A stretch of DNA of 64,000 nt from Candidatus Hydrothermales bacterium (GCA_039630575.1 JBCNUW010000004.1:32001-96000), one strand, 5' to 3'; positions 41,240-52,466 are shown, counted from the stretch's first letter. Translations and numbers: made by a program. Notes: generated by a model from the sequence alone, not told the origin.

Positions 41240-42307
41240 AAGATAAAGATAGTTAGAAGTACTTTCACCCCTTAAAATACAGGCACTTTCACTCCCTGTA
41301 ATCCCTATAAAAACAACGTCTTCATCAATATGTCTTAAGATTTCAAGTAAATAGTTGCAGTTAAATCCTATTTCTATCCTTTCACCTTCATAGAACCCCT
41401 TTAATTTCTCATAGCCTTCTCCTATTTCACCAGAAACAGCTTTTACTGTAAGTGAGTCAGGCGAAAGTGAAAATTGAATAGGATTGTTTGGTGGTGATGT
41501 AAAGATGTGAAGTCTTCTTAAAGTTTCCATCAAATCCTGTTTTGAAATTTTTAAATTGTTTGGTACATCAACAGGGATAACTGCTCTATAATCTGGAAAC
41601 TTATCGTCAACGAGGTTAACTATTTCGTATCCATTGCTGAAATTAAATTGAATTTTTGTATCTGAGAAAAGTATCTTTATTTGCTCTTTTTTGTAATTTT
41701 TTAAGAAGTCAAAACTTTTTGGGTCAACTAAAAAATTTCCCTCTAATCCATTATTCTCTATTTCTATATCATAAACTCCAAGTCTATGAGAATCAGAAGA
41801 CACAATAGAAAGCCTTTTTCCTTTTACATCAAGTAAAATGTTATTTAAAAACTGTCTTGAATCATTCTTTGCTACACAGAATGAAACTTTTTCCACACCC
41901 TCTAAAATAATATCTGATGAGATAGTTATTTCATTTTTTCCTGTAACCTCCTCAACTAAAGGAAATTCCTCTGCTGGTTGAATAAAAAAACTGTACTGTC
42001 CTTGTGAAGTGTAAATTATAAGCTCTCTTTCTTCTTTTTTTTCTATTAAAATTTTTTCATTCTTAAGCCTTGAAGTTATTTCCTTTAACTCCTTTCCCCT
42101 TACACATAATGCTCCTTCTTCCTCAACCTCTACTGATCCCTTAACTTTTAAAGAAAAGTTCAGGTTTGTTGAAAAAAGACTAAGTTCATCTCCTTTTGCT
42201 TCTAATTTAATATTTTCTAGAATTGGTAAAGCTGCTCTAGACGGAACTGCATGGTATACACTTTCAATCATTTTCAAAAATTCATCCTTTGTTATTCTAA
42301 ATTTCAT
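41219..42307 (-). CDS. dnaN: DNA polymerase III beta clamp
   Basis: SDSHRL, FPDY, GFN, LMPIR. Confidence 0.95.
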   Translation of the reverse strand: MKFRITKDEFLKMIESVYHAVPSRAALPILENIKLEAKGDELSLFSTNLNFSLKVKGSVEVEEEGALCVRGKELKEITSRLKNEKILIEKKEERELIIYTSQGQYSFFIQPAEEFPLVEEVTGKNEITISSDIILEGVEKVSFCVAKNDSRQFLNNILLDVKGKRLSIVSSDSHRLGVYDIEIENNGLEGNFLVDPKSFDFLKNYKKEQIKILFSDTKIQFNFSNGYEIVNLVDDKFPDYRAVIPVDVPNNLKISKQDLMETLRRLHIFTSPPNNPIQFSLSPDSLTVKAVSGEIGEGYEKLKGFYEGERIEIGFNCNYLLEILRHIDEDVVFIGITGSESACILRGESTSNYLYLLMPIRI

Positions 42308-42325
42308 AAATTAAAAGTTCATTAT

Positions 42326-42338
42326 AGGATTTGAACCT
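42326..42338 (-). promoter_or_regulatory. T-arm-like leader hairpin, copy 6
   Basis: AGG-TTCAAAT-CCT; core ends 19 nt before the dnaN ATG. Confidence 0.65.
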
Positions 42339-42339
42339 C

Positions 42340-42470
42340 ATTTTAATAAAAAATATATAAAATAATTATAATGTTAAAGATGTGGAAATTTAAAACAGCA
42401 AGTAATTTAAGTCAAAAGCTTCTTGTGGAAAGTTTGTGGAAAGAGCATATCCTTGTTTATCCACATAAAA
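42340..42470. other. oriC: AT-rich tract plus DnaA boxes
   Basis: TTATCCACA 42457-42465; TGTGGAAA-type boxes at 42381, 42424, 42435; pure A/T tract next to them. Confidence 0.8.
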
Positions 42471-42471
42471 T

Positions 42472-43794
42472 TCACATTCTTTTTAACATTTTCTCTATAT
42501 CAAAAATTTCATTTTTTAATTTCTCATCTTTGTTTAATAAACTCTCAACTTTTTCTATTGCATGGAGGACAGTGGTATGGTCCTTCCCAAAAAATCTTGC
42601 AATTTCCACTATGGGCATGTTGAACACATTTTTCATAATAAACATACTTATCTGTCTTGCCTGAACAAGTTCTTTCTTTTGTTTTTTACTCATTATTTCA
42701 GTCTTTGGTAAGTTATAATATTCAGAGACAGTCATTAGAACATCTTGAGGATCATTGGCTAAAGCTTTTGAGAATATATCACTCAAAAACTTATGTGCCA
42801 AGGTTAAGTTGATCTTTATGTTTTTTGATGATTGAATTGCATAAAGTTTAACTATACAGCTTTCGAGTAGCCTAACATTTTTTTTAACATTCTTTGCAAT
42901 CAACTCAAGAACATCATCTGAAACTTCTAAACCCCTCTCTTGTGCCTTTAATTTTAAAATAGCTAGCCTTGTTTCATATTCGGGTGGTTTTATGTCAGTT
43001 ACAAGACCCCATGAGAACCTGTCTACCAATCTTTCAGCAATGTTGTCGAGTTCCCATGGTGCACGGTCTGCTGTAAATACTACTTGTTTTTTTTCATTAT
43101 AAAAGGAATTAAAGATGTGAAATAGAGCTTCCTGAGAAAAATCAGCTCCAGCCAAAAAATGGATATCGTCAATTAATAGAATTTCAAAGGTTCTAATCTT
43201 ATTTCTAAATTCATTCATTTTTCTTCTTTGAATAGCATCTACAATTTTAGAAATAAGGTCTTCAGATGTAATTAATAAAATTTTTGCATTTCTCTTTCTT
43301 TTTAAAACATCGTTTCCAATGGCATGGAGTAAATGAGTTTTACCAAGTCCTACCCCCCCATATATAAAAAAGGGATTATACTCACTACCTGGAGCATGGG
43401 CAACAGCTCTTGCTGCTGTATAAGCCATTTCATTATTTTTACCAGTTACAAAATTTTCAAAAGTATACTTTGAATTTAAACCATACCCTGAAACTTCATT
43501 ACTTAATTCCTTTACCTCCATTACAGTATCTTTTTCCTCATCTTTTTTTTCATCTTTCTTTACTTCATATACAAGTTTAACCATAGGATAGCCAAGCTCC
43601 ATAAGTACTCTTTTTAGCTTCACATCAAATACCTTCTGCATTATACTTAACACATAACTATTGTCACAGATTATTCTCATCACATGATCAGGCTCAAGAT
43701 CTCCTGCCTTTACCTTTTCAAAAAATTTATACTCATTATCAGATAATTCTGTTTTTAACTTTTCCTTCATAAGATCCCATAATTTCATCCTCAT
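42472..43794 (-). CDS. dnaA: Chromosomal replication initiator DnaA
   Basis: YNPFFIYGGVGLGKTHL, IDD, DHTTV; start moved to ATG 43794 behind AAGGAGG. Confidence 0.97.
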   Translation of the reverse strand: MRMKLWDLMKEKLKTELSDNEYKFFEKVKAGDLEPDHVMRIICDNSYVLSIMQKVFDVKLKRVLMELGYPMVKLVYEVKKDEKKDEEKDTVMEVKELSNEVSGYGLNSKYTFENFVTGKNNEMAYTAARAVAHAPGSEYNPFFIYGGVGLGKTHLLHAIGNDVLKRKRNAKILLITSEDLISKIVDAIQRRKMNEFRNKIRTFEILLIDDIHFLAGADFSQEALFHIFNSFYNEKKQVVFTADRAPWELDNIAERLVDRFSWGLVTDIKPPEYETRLAILKLKAQERGLEVSDDVLELIAKNVKKNVRLLESCIVKLYAIQSSKNIKINLTLAHKFLSDIFSKALANDPQDVLMTVSEYYNLPKTEIMSKKQKKELVQARQISMFIMKNVFNMPIVEIARFFGKDHTTVLHAIEKVESLLNKDEKLKNEIFDIEKMLKRM

Positions 43795-43819
43795 TTTAAT
43801 TCCCTCCTTGGTATTTAAT

Positions 43820-43905
43820 TTTTCCACAAAGATTTCCACAAATTTTTTTATAAAAATTTGTCTCTATATGAGAAAAATACTTAAATTTGTGAAAAAATTT
43901 CCACA
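43820..43905. promoter_or_regulatory. DnaA boxes upstream of dnaA
   Basis: TTTTCCACA 43820, ATTTCCACA 43832 and 43897. Confidence 0.7.
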
Positions 43906-44069
43906 GGCAGTTAAAATAATACTTTTCAAAATTTTCCTCTAAATCAAGTTTGTTTGAAATTTTTGAAATTAATTCTTCTATCTTTTTGTTTTGTTCCATA
44001 GTAGTTAATTAATAAAGTCTAAGTACATTCTTTGTCAAATAAAATTACCGGTTTCTTATAATTTTAAAA

Positions 44070-45224
44070 ATGAAAGAAAAAAACTTTCTATATGGTAAAG
44101 ATGATGAACTTTTGTTCCTTTTTAATAAGGTTACTGAGATTGAGGATCAAAGAATAAAGGAGTTTGAGAGATTTGTTAAAAGTTTGCCGTTATATTCACC
44201 TGAAGAACTATTTAAGCTTCTGGAAAAAGAGGGTTATAGAGGGCAAATAGAAGCAAGAAAAATGGTCTGTGTAGCAATTTATAGGCATCTTAAGAGAATA
44301 AAGATGATTTACGAAAATAGAATTACCCCAGAGCTCCTGCCAGAGAAAGTAAATTATATATTTATAGGTCCTACAGGTTCTGGTAAAACCTATATAGTAG
44401 AGCTCCTTTTCGGTAAAATCTTGAGAATTCCTTATGTGATAATTGATATAACAAAATACAGTGAAACAGGATATGTAGGCGAGAATGTGATAAATATTCC
44501 TTACAAATTGATTGAGGCAGCAAGAGGTAATAAATATTTAGCTCAAATTGGTGCGGTAATAATTGATGAGTTCGATAAAATTGCAGGATCTCCTAGTAAT
44601 TTAAGATTTGCTGGAGCAGGGACACAAAAGGATGTCTCTGGTTATGGAGTCCAAAGGGAGCTTCTAAAACTTCTTGAGCATAAAATATTTGAATATGGTG
44701 AGGATCATAATGTAGAAGGAAGGATAAATACAAGAGAAATACTTTTTATTGCCCTTGGATCCTTTACTGGCTTTATAAGAGAAATAGAAAGAGATAATAT
44801 AGGATTTTTAAAGGAAATTGACGAAAATGAAAACATAATAGCATACAAATTAAAGGGACAAGAGGAGGATCTTAACAATTTTTTAAAATACGGTTTTTTG
44901 CCAGAACTTATTGCAAGATTCCAGAGAATAATACCTTTTGAAGCCCTTGATAAGAATACTCTTAAAGATATACTTGATCTTAAATTAGAAAAATTAATAA
45001 ATGAATTCAAATTAGAAGGATTTGATCTTGTTCTTACTGAAAAGGTAAAAGATCTAATGGTTCAAAAAGCCCTTAAAAAGGGAACAGGAGCAAGAGGAAT
45101 AGAAAGTGAGCTTTTAAAAGAGCTTGAAAAAGTTGCCTTTAAGATATTCGGTAAAAATAAAAAGGGTAAAGTTATAATTAATAGTAATAAAGATAAGATA
45201 GAGTCTAAAATAATTTTTAAATAG
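44070..45224 (+). CDS. ClpX-like AAA+ ATPase without N-terminal zinc finger
   Basis: GPTGSGKT, ETGYVG, IDEFDK, DVSG.GVQ, IGF, PELIAR, GARG. Confidence 0.85.
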   Translation: MKEKNFLYGKDDELLFLFNKVTEIEDQRIKEFERFVKSLPLYSPEELFKLLEKEGYRGQIEARKMVCVAIYRHLKRIKMIYENRITPELLPEKVNYIFIGPTGSGKTYIVELLFGKILRIPYVIIDITKYSETGYVGENVINIPYKLIEAARGNKYLAQIGAVIIDEFDKIAGSPSNLRFAGAGTQKDVSGYGVQRELLKLLEHKIFEYGEDHNVEGRINTREILFIALGSFTGFIREIERDNIGFLKEIDENENIIAYKLKGQEEDLNNFLKYGFLPELIARFQRIIPFEALDKNTLKDILDLKLEKLINEFKLEGFDLVLTEKVKDLMVQKALKKGTGARGIESELLKELEKVAFKIFGKNKKGKVIINSNKDKIESKIIFK

Positions 45225-46149
45225 GACTTTTATACAGAAAAGAAAACTTTTTTTGGGAAATCTTTGCCTCTATGTCTCCCCTTTTTAATCTTGAGACTTC
45301 ACCATCAAGTTGTATTAAGGAGTCTTCCTTTAATGATAGTTTTAGATCTTTTGTTTTAAAGTACAAACATTCTGGTAGAGAAAGGTGTGTTCCTTTGATT
45401 ACATGATGTAGTTTTTTTAAAACTTCAGTCTTTTTCATATTTTTGATTATGCAAACAGAAATCTCTTCTTTAAAAGGAGATGCATCAGGAAATAGGTGAA
45501 AGCCTCCACCAAGATATTTACCTAATCCAAGTCCTAAAAGAATGTACTTTCCCATCAGATAATTATTATCGTCTTTTATTTCCATTTCATATGATATGTT
45601 ACCTTTCAGTTCGATTAAAAGGGAAAGTAGGTATCTTAGTAAACCTCTTAAGTTTTTAATTCTAAGTGCTCTCTCTGCGATTTTGGCATCAAATCCAATA
45701 CCAGCTGCATTGGTAAAAAGTAGTTTTCCCTCTTTTGTTATTATTTCTCCAGTAAAGCTCTCCATAACGATCCCTTCTTTAAAAACTTCGTAAAAGAAAT
45801 TTAGATCTTTCTTTTTTCCAAAAATAGTCTTAAGAAAATCGTTACCAGACCCAGAAGGAAAAAGACAGAAGGGTATTTTGAAATCAAAAGGTAAGTTATT
45901 AACAATGTGAAAAAGAGTTCCGTCACCTCCCAGAACAATAATTTTATGAACCCCTTTTTCCTTTAATCTTAAAAGATTTTCTTTTATATTAATCTTTTTT
46001 TCCAGTTTCTCAACATAATATTTTAATTTATCTATCCTAAGTCTTTCTTTTAGCCACTTTAATACCTCAAAAGATCTTCCAGAACCTGAATAGGGATTGA
46101 AAATTACACCTACTTTAATCCCTTTTCTCTTCTTTTTGTGATTTTTCAA
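45217..46149 (-). CDS. Diacylglycerol kinase family lipid kinase
   Basis: NPYSG, GGDGT, GSGNDF, GIGFDA, QLDGE. Confidence 0.9.
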   Translation of the reverse strand: MKNHKKKRKGIKVGVIFNPYSGSGRSFEVLKWLKERLRIDKLKYYVEKLEKKINIKENLLRLKEKGVHKIIVLGGDGTLFHIVNNLPFDFKIPFCLFPSGSGNDFLKTIFGKKKDLNFFYEVFKEGIVMESFTGEIITKEGKLLFTNAAGIGFDAKIAERALRIKNLRGLLRYLLSLLIELKGNISYEMEIKDDNNYLMGKYILLGLGLGKYLGGGFHLFPDASPFKEEISVCIIKNMKKTEVLKKLHHVIKGTHLSLPECLYFKTKDLKLSLKEDSLIQLDGEVSRLKRGDIEAKISQKKFSFLYKSPI

Positions 46150-47128
46150 AAATTTCTTTCTTTAGCTCTTTTTCTATTTCACTAAAGAGAGTTTGATTTT
46201 CTTCAAATAATTTTCTCACGTTATCTTTTCCTTGTCCCAACTGTTTTCCTTTGTAGGCATACCATGCTCCTGATCTTTGAATTATACCTTTTTCAACTGC
46301 AAGATCAATTAGTTCACTCTCCTTTGAAATTCCTTTACCGTAAAGTATATCAAAAGTTGCCTCTTTAAAAGGTGGAGCAAGTTTATTTTTTACTACTTTC
46401 ACTTTAACTCTGTTTCCTATTACTTCATCATCTACCTTTATTGTTTCAACTTTTTTTATTTCAAGTCTTAAAGAAGCATGAAACTTTAAAGCCAACCCTC
46501 CTGGTGTAGTTTCTGGATTACCATACAACACTCCGATTCTGTGTCTTATCTGATTTATAAAAATTGCGCAAGTTTTTGATTTATTTAATACACCCGCCAG
46601 TTTTCTCATAGCTTGGGACATGAGTCTTGCCTGTAAACCCACATGGGATTCTCCCATTTCTCCCATTATTTCAGCTTTAGGTACAAGGGCTGCCACTGAA
46701 TCAACGACTATTAAGTCAACTGCTCCTGATCGTACCAAAGTTTCAGCTATCTCCAAAGCCTGCTCACCTGTATCTGGTTGAGAAATCCACAGTTCCGATA
46801 GATTCACTCCAAGTTTTTCAGCGTATACTGGATCAAGTGCATGTTCTGCATCTATAAAAGCTGCAATTCCGTCTTCTTTTTGAACTTCTGCTATCGCATG
46901 AAGTGCAAGGGTAGTTTTTCCTGATGCTTCAGGACCATATATTTCTACTATTCTTCCTCTAGGATATCCACCTATTCCTATAGCAAGATCAAGAGAAATT
47001 GAACCTGTAGGTATTACAGGGACTTTTATAAGTTCCCTTTCACCAAGTCTCATTATAGCACCTTTACCGTGAATTTTCTCTATCTGTTTTATTGCTAAAT
47101 CCATTGCTTTTTTCCTTTCATCTTTCAT
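46115..47128 (-). CDS. recA: Recombinase A
   Basis: [22 protein letters not shown]; start set at MKDERKK. Confidence 0.98.
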   Translation of the reverse strand: MKDERKKAMDLAIKQIEKIHGKGAIMRLGERELIKVPVIPTGSISLDLAIGIGGYPRGRIVEIYGPEASGKTTLALHAIAEVQKEDGIAAFIDAEHALDPVYAEKLGVNLSELWISQPDTGEQALEIAETLVRSGAVDLIVVDSVAALVPKAEIMGEMGESHVGLQARLMSQAMRKLAGVLNKSKTCAIFINQIRHRIGVLYGNPETTPGGLALKFHASLRLEIKKVETIKVDDEVIGNRVKVKVVKNKLAPPFKEATFDILYGKGISKESELIDLAVEKGIIQRSGAWYAYKGKQLGQGKDNVRKLFEENQTLFSEIEKELKKEIFEKSQKEEKRD

Positions 47129-47130
47129 TT

Positions 47131-48372
47131 TTAACCCTCGAACTTTTTGAATAAAAGAGAGCAATTATGTCCTCCAAAACCAAAAGAATTTGAAAGTGCG
47201 TATCTTATCTTTACTTCTCTTGCTCCATCTTTTACATAGTCAAGGTCACACTCAGGATCAGGATATTCAAGGTTTATTGTAGGGTGAACTTTTTGATGAT
47301 ATATAGCAAGAACGGTAACTCCAGCTTCTAAGGCTCCTGCTCCTCCAAGTAAGTGTCCCACCATACTTTTTGTTGAATTTACAGGTATCTTATAGGCTCT
47401 CTCCCCCAGAAGTCTCTTTATTGCTAAAGTTTCAGCTACATCCCCTCTGGGTGTTGCTGTTCCATGGGAATTTATATAGTCTATTTCTTTCGGATCCAAA
47501 GAAGCACTATCACAGGCCATTTTCATTGACCTGTAAGCTCCATCTCCATCAACACAAGGAGCAGTTATGTGGTATGCATCAGCAGTTGCTCCATATCCGA
47601 CGAGTTCAGCATAAATCCTTGCTCCTCTTTTCATAGCACTTTCTTTTTCTTCGAGTATAAGTACAGCACATCCTTCACCCATAACAAATCCGTCTCTTAA
47701 CTTATCAAAAGGTCTTGAAGCCTTTTCCGGCTCATCGTTTCTTGTTGATAATGCTTTCATGTTACCAAAACCCGCAAGTGCAATCGGAGTTAAAGGTGCT
47801 TCTGAACCTCCAACTACTATAGCCTTAGCATGTCCGTTTTTAATAAGTAGCATAGCTTCACCAATAGCATGGGCACTAGAAGCACAGGCAGAAACAACTG
47901 AAAAATTAGGACCTTTAAATCCATATTTAATCGAAATAACACCAGATGCTATATCTGGTATCATCATAGGTACAAGAAAGGGAGACACCCATTTAACACC
48001 CTTCTCATACATTTTTCTAATCTCTTCCTCTAATGTAATTATTCCACCTATTCCAGATGAGATTATGACTCCCACATCTTCCCCTTTGTAAGGAATACCG
48101 TTAGCCCATCCTGCATCCTGTAAGGCTTCCTCAGTCACATAAAGAGAGTATACCGTAAAAAGATCCTGTTTTTTTATCTCCTTACTAGATAATCTTTCTT
48201 CTGGATTAAAATTTTTTATTTCAGCTGCAATTTTTGATGGTAAATTTGAAGTATCAAATCTTTCTATCCTCGAGACCCCACTTTTACCCTTCAATAAATT
48301 CTCAAAATTTTCATCTTTATTTTTACCCAGTGATGTAAGTATTCCAATTCCAGTTACAACTACTTCCTTCAT
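47131..48372 (-). CDS. fabF: 3-oxoacyl-ACP synthase II
   Basis: SACAS, HGT, GHLLG, NSFGFGG. Confidence 0.96.
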   Translation of the reverse strand: MKEVVVTGIGILTSLGKNKDENFENLLKGKSGVSRIERFDTSNLPSKIAAEIKNFNPEERLSSKEIKKQDLFTVYSLYVTEEALQDAGWANGIPYKGEDVGVIISSGIGGIITLEEEIRKMYEKGVKWVSPFLVPMMIPDIASGVISIKYGFKGPNFSVVSACASSAHAIGEAMLLIKNGHAKAIVVGGSEAPLTPIALAGFGNMKALSTRNDEPEKASRPFDKLRDGFVMGEGCAVLILEEKESAMKRGARIYAELVGYGATADAYHITAPCVDGDGAYRSMKMACDSASLDPKEIDYINSHGTATPRGDVAETLAIKRLLGERAYKIPVNSTKSMVGHLLGGAGALEAGVTVLAIYHQKVHPTINLEYPDPECDLDYVKDGAREVKIRYALSNSFGFGGHNCSLLFKKFEG

Positions 48373-48605
48373 GTTTTTAGTTTATTTTGAATATACTCAA
48401 CTGCATCTTTTACTGTTCTGATTTTTTCAGCATCTTCATCAGGAACTTCAATTCCAAATTTTTCCTCTATCTTCATAACAAGCTCAACTACATCTAAAGA
48501 GTCAGCACCTAAATCCTCTTGAAATCTAGCTTCCATTGTAACTTGTTCTGGAGTTACATTCAATTCTTCTACAATTATGTCTCTCAGAGTTGCAAAAACA
48601 TCCAT
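48369..48605 (-). CDS. acpP: Acyl carrier protein
   Basis: DLGADSLD. Confidence 0.97.
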   Translation of the reverse strand: MDVFATLRDIIVEELNVTPEQVTMEARFQEDLGADSLDVVELVMKIEEKFGIEVPDEDAEKIRTVKDAVEYIQNKLKT

Positions 48606-48627
48606 TAAAATTCCTCCTTTTTATTAC

Positions 48628-48640
48628 TGGAATTGAACCA
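48628..48640 (-). promoter_or_regulatory. T-arm-like leader hairpin, copy 7
   Basis: TGG-TTCAATT-CCA; core ends 23 nt before the acpP ATG; TTGCTT-18-TAAAAT ends 12 nt upstream. Confidence 0.65.
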
Positions 48641-48698
48641 TTTGAAAATAAATTTTAATTTTATTAAAATATAAAAAGCAAGTTAAAGAAAAAATCAA

Positions 48699-48782
48699 GC
48701 CGGGGTGACGGAACCGGTAGACGTAGGGGACTTAAAATCCCCTGGGGGAGACCCCGTGCGGGTTCGAGTCCCGCCCCCGGCA
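48699..48782 (+). tRNA. tRNA-Leu(TAA)
   Basis: GCCGGGG acceptor, GGGGA-CTTAAAA-TCCCC, long variable arm, GGTTCGAGTCC. Confidence 0.95.
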
Positions 48783-48792
48783 GGCTATACAG

Positions 48793-49059
48793 ATGGCTTC
48801 TCGTAAAATTTTCACAATAAGAAATGTCATTGCCGTTATCCTTGCAGGAGCTCTAGGTGATATTTTAGGTGTTATTCTCAAAAACTTTATACCAAAATCT
48901 CCTGCAAGGGATGTAATACTTTACAGTTCAAAGGTTGGTTTAGAAGAACTAAAAATTAATCTCATTATAATAGATTTTAAATTTGGATTTATTCTCTCAA
49001 TTAACATATTATCTTTTGTTCTTATTTTTCTTATGATATATCTTTTACAAAAAATTTGA
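48793..49059 (+). CDS. DUF4321-like small membrane protein
   Basis: TM-loop-TM pattern with INL..FKFG..INI. Confidence 0.65.
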   Translation: MASRKIFTIRNVIAVILAGALGDILGVILKNFIPKSPARDVILYSSKVGLEELKINLIIIDFKFGFILSINILSFVLIFLMIYLLQKI

Positions 49060-50189
49060 GAGATACATCCTTTATATTACTTGGAGCAGGAAAGGGAGAA
49101 AGGATCGGAAAACCAAAAATTTTCCTAAGAATTGAAGGAAAACCGCTTTATCTATATTTAATAGAAAAGCTTGAAAATATTAAGTTTATTGGAGAGACAA
49201 TTTTGGCTTGTCCACCAAAATTTAAGTCAGAAATTAAAAATGAAATTAAAAACAGAAAATTTAAGTTTAATGTAAAAATAATTGAGGGTGGAAAGACAAG
49301 ATGTGAAAGTATGGAAAAAGCAGTTAAAAAGGCTAAGTTCGAATACGTTTTTATTCATGATCTTGCAAGACCATTTTTCTCTACCTCTTTAATATTAAAT
49401 ATGAAAAAAAAACTTAAAAAAGCTGAAATTGTTGTTCCATATTTTTCACCATATGATACTTGTGTTTATGAGGGTGAAAAAATACAAAGAGAGAAAGTAA
49501 AGTTAATTCACACACCACAGGCAACAAAAAAGAGTTTAATATTAAAAGCTCTTAAAAAAACCAAAAGAAGGAATTATTCTGATGAAAGTACTTTACTTAA
49601 AGATGTTTTAAATATTAATCCCCTTTATATAGAAGACTCTTTTTTAAATTTTAAGATCACATATAACAAGGATCTTTTTGATATAAATTATTTTTTAAAT
49701 CACTTTTCTTTTAGGATAGGTTTTGGTTTTGATATTCACAGAATTGTAAAAGGTAAAAAGAGCCTCTTTGTAGGTGGAATAGCTATAAAAAGGGGTATTT
49801 ACGCGGTTGGGCATTCAGATGGTGACGCCGTTATACACTCTCTATGCGACGCCTTACTGGGAATTACTGGAAGGGGAGATATAGGTGATTTTTTTCCAGA
49901 TACTGAAAATAGATGGAAAGGCAAAAGATCTGTTATTTTTTTAAAAAAAATTTTTAAAATTTTTAAAGGTGATGGTTTTGAAATTTCAAATATCGATATA
50001 ACTATCTTACTTGATACACCCAAACTTGGTGAGAAGAAGAGAAAAATAAAGGAAAAAATAGCTAAAGTTTTGAGAATTAAACCAGAGGTTATAAGTATAA
50101 AAGCGAAAACAACTGAGGGATTATTTAAAGATTTTATCTTTGCTTATACTATTTTAACAGCAAAATCCTCATGCAAAATCCAAACTTAA
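49056..50189 (+). CDS. ispDF: Bifunctional IspD/IspF
   Basis: GAGKGER, HDLARP, TPQ, KIT; GFDIH, GHSDGD, DALLG, KAKTTEG. Confidence 0.9.
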   Translation: MRDTSFILLGAGKGERIGKPKIFLRIEGKPLYLYLIEKLENIKFIGETILACPPKFKSEIKNEIKNRKFKFNVKIIEGGKTRCESMEKAVKKAKFEYVFIHDLARPFFSTSLILNMKKKLKKAEIVVPYFSPYDTCVYEGEKIQREKVKLIHTPQATKKSLILKALKKTKRRNYSDESTLLKDVLNINPLYIEDSFLNFKITYNKDLFDINYFLNHFSFRIGFGFDIHRIVKGKKSLFVGGIAIKRGIYAVGHSDGDAVIHSLCDALLGITGRGDIGDFFPDTENRWKGKRSVIFLKKIFKIFKGDGFEISNIDITILLDTPKLGEKKRKIKEKIAKVLRIKPEVISIKAKTTEGLFKDFIFAYTILTAKSSCKIQT

Positions 50190-51548
50190 AATACCTTGTG
50201 ATGAAGTATAATACATTTTTTCTTCTACTTTAAAGTAAACTGTTATACCTAAAAGACCAATTTTCTCTAAAATACTTTTAAATTCTCCAAATTCATCTTC
50301 CTTTAAAAAAATATCTGGTTCAGGTATAAAGTTTATAATATTCTTTGATAGAGTCTTTAAGTTTTTTAAAAGGGGTTCTATATTTTGTTCTTTTATGCTA
50401 AATCCGCAAGCAAAAGGATGCCCTCCAAATTCCTCAAACAGATATGATGTTTCCCTCAATAATTTAAGAACTGAAAGTGGTGGTTTAGATCTTGCTTCTC
50501 CCACCCACATATTCCCTTTTTTTGTAATACATATTGAGGGGAAACCACTTTCTTTTAAAAATCTTGAAGCTATCCAACCTGCGTATCTTGGATTTATATT
50601 CTTTGATTTTATAAGGGTTATGTTCGTTTCACTCTGCCAAAAGTTTTTTGAATTAAATAGGGACTCTTCAAAATTTTTTTGCTCTTCAATGTATTTAGAT
50701 ATTATTTCCTTCATTATTTCCCTTTTTATTCTCTCGTCTTCTTCTCTTAAAAGTTCTGTAATAAGATGTGTTCCATCTTTTGCAGAAACAAAAGGAATTA
50801 TTTTTGAAATTCCTCTAAATTCCAGAGGTTTTGTGTTGACTTCACTGAAAATTTTATAAATTTCAGTTTCCGGAAAAACTATTTGAGATTTTTTTAAAAC
50901 AAAACCATTTACTGAATAAGGTGGTACTTTATCTGAAAGAACTGATAGACCTGAGAGATAGGTAAAATCAAAGAACTTTTTTTCTTTCCAGAGTTTTTCA
51001 CCAAATTTTAAGAAAAGTATTACAAATACAAGCACAGCGTTGGACAAAAATGGAAATCCATTTCCTAAAAAGGGATGTATCAAATTTTCTTCCTCAAAAT
51101 TCCCTTCAGAGTGATGATCTATTATAAAACTGTCGTATCCTAGTTCCCTTAAAAGCTTTATTTCATTTCTGTTTGAAAGACCACAGTCCACTGTTATTAA
51201 GAAATCAAAATTTTCATTTATAAATCTCTCAATCACACTGTTAGAAACACCGTAAGACTCATTCTCTCTTGATGGAAGGTAAGTTTTAAACTCTATTCCA
51301 AGCTCTCTTAGAAGAACCTCAATACCATATAAGGAAGCTATTCCATCTAGGTCTTCATGACCTATCACATATATCTTTTCTCCAAACTCTTTTTTTTCTT
51401 CTAAAATTTCATAAAATTTAGTTATATTCTCATAATGTAAAGGATTAGGTTCAGTTTCAGGGAGTAAAAGTTCTGGCTTTTCTATTAATCTTTTTATTAT
51501 ATCTTTTCCTTCCATTTTTTTAGCATATTTAAAACTGTGTTTTCCCAA
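50169..51548 (-). CDS. DHH family phosphoesterase, RecJ-like and shortened
   Basis: DLDG, TVDCG, DHH, FGGH. Confidence 0.8.
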   Translation of the reverse strand: MGKHSFKYAKKMEGKDIIKRLIEKPELLLPETEPNPLHYENITKFYEILEEKKEFGEKIYVIGHEDLDGIASLYGIEVLLRELGIEFKTYLPSRENESYGVSNSVIERFINENFDFLITVDCGLSNRNEIKLLRELGYDSFIIDHHSEGNFEEENLIHPFLGNGFPFLSNAVLVFVILFLKFGEKLWKEKKFFDFTYLSGLSVLSDKVPPYSVNGFVLKKSQIVFPETEIYKIFSEVNTKPLEFRGISKIIPFVSAKDGTHLITELLREEDERIKREIMKEIISKYIEEQKNFEESLFNSKNFWQSETNITLIKSKNINPRYAGWIASRFLKESGFPSICITKKGNMWVGEARSKPPLSVLKLLRETSYLFEEFGGHPFACGFSIKEQNIEPLLKNLKTLSKNIINFIPEPDIFLKEDEFGEFKSILEKIGLLGITVYFKVEEKMYYTSSQGILSLDFA

Positions 51549-52462
51549 GTAAAATTCTTAACTCTCTCATAAGCCTTATTTACTTTTATTTCGATATTCT
51601 CCTTTTTTTCTTCCAAAAATTTTATTATACCCTCTTTTATATCCTCTTTATCAAATCCTTTTAAGTAAAAAAGGTTTTCTCCAGCATATTCTTTAAAAAC
51701 ACTTAAAGGTGAAGCAATAACAGGTTTTTTTAAAGAGATTGCCTCAAGAATAGGTAAACCAAAACCTTCACAAAAGCTCGGAAATACCAAGGCTATACAT
51801 TTTTCATATAAATAAAATATCTCGCTTTGATCAAAAATTTTTCTAAACCATAAAGTAGTTTTATTATCTATTTCTTGTTCAACCTCTTCATAACCAAACC
51901 CTTCTTTACCTGCTAATAGGAGATAATAATTTTTTAAATTCAATTCTTTGAAGGCTCTTATTAGGTTTACTAAATTTTTTCTTTTTTGAACAACTCCTAC
52001 AAAGAGAAAGAAATTTTCCTTAATATTTTCAACTTTCTTCTGATTTTTCACTATTTTTACCCCTGGATAAATCACTTCTATTTTCTCCTCAAAACCGTAA
52101 AATTTTATAATATTTTCTCTTGTAAATTTAGATGGAACAAATACAATATCTGATCTATCAAGAGCCTTTTTAACCTTTTTTCTTGAAATTTCAATTGCTT
52201 TTGGTGGAAAAAGCTCAGGATTTGTTTCAAAACATATATCGTGAATTATCGTAGTTAAGAGTTTAAATTTTTTAAAATATGGGATCCTACCATCAGGTCC
52301 TAAGTAAATATCACCTTTTTCAAAAAGTAGCCTTAAAAAGGGTTTTTTAATTTCAATTACTTTTTCGCCTCTCTTTTTTAATTCATTAACTAAGTTTATT
52401 GTAAAGATTTGTATGCCTGAAAGTGTATATTTTAATGGTGTTGTATCCACGAATATTTTCAT
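51497..52462 (-). CDS. Glycosyltransferase family 4
   Basis: RKN, EGFGLPILEA. Confidence 0.9.
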   Translation of the reverse strand: MKIFVDTTPLKYTLSGIQIFTINLVNELKKRGEKVIEIKKPFLRLLFEKGDIYLGPDGRIPYFKKFKLLTTIIHDICFETNPELFPPKAIEISRKKVKKALDRSDIVFVPSKFTRENIIKFYGFEEKIEVIYPGVKIVKNQKKVENIKENFFLFVGVVQKRKNLVNLIRAFKELNLKNYYLLLAGKEGFGYEEVEQEIDNKTTLWFRKIFDQSEIFYLYEKCIALVFPSFCEGFGLPILEAISLKKPVIASPLSVFKEYAGENLFYLKGFDKEDIKEGIIKFLEEKKENIEIKVNKAYERVKNFTWENTVLNMLKKWKEKI

Positions 52463-52466
52463 GTGC

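Noticed and set aside
43796..43999. 67-aa ORF upstream of dnaA, and ORFs 42371..42664 and 42423..42623
   Set aside because: They overlap DnaA boxes or dnaA and have no recognisable motif; probably spurious.
46974..47010. Near-match AGG-TTCAATT-TCT on the recA sense strand
   Set aside because: Lacks the CC and is explained by the conserved TGSIS codons; not near a start.
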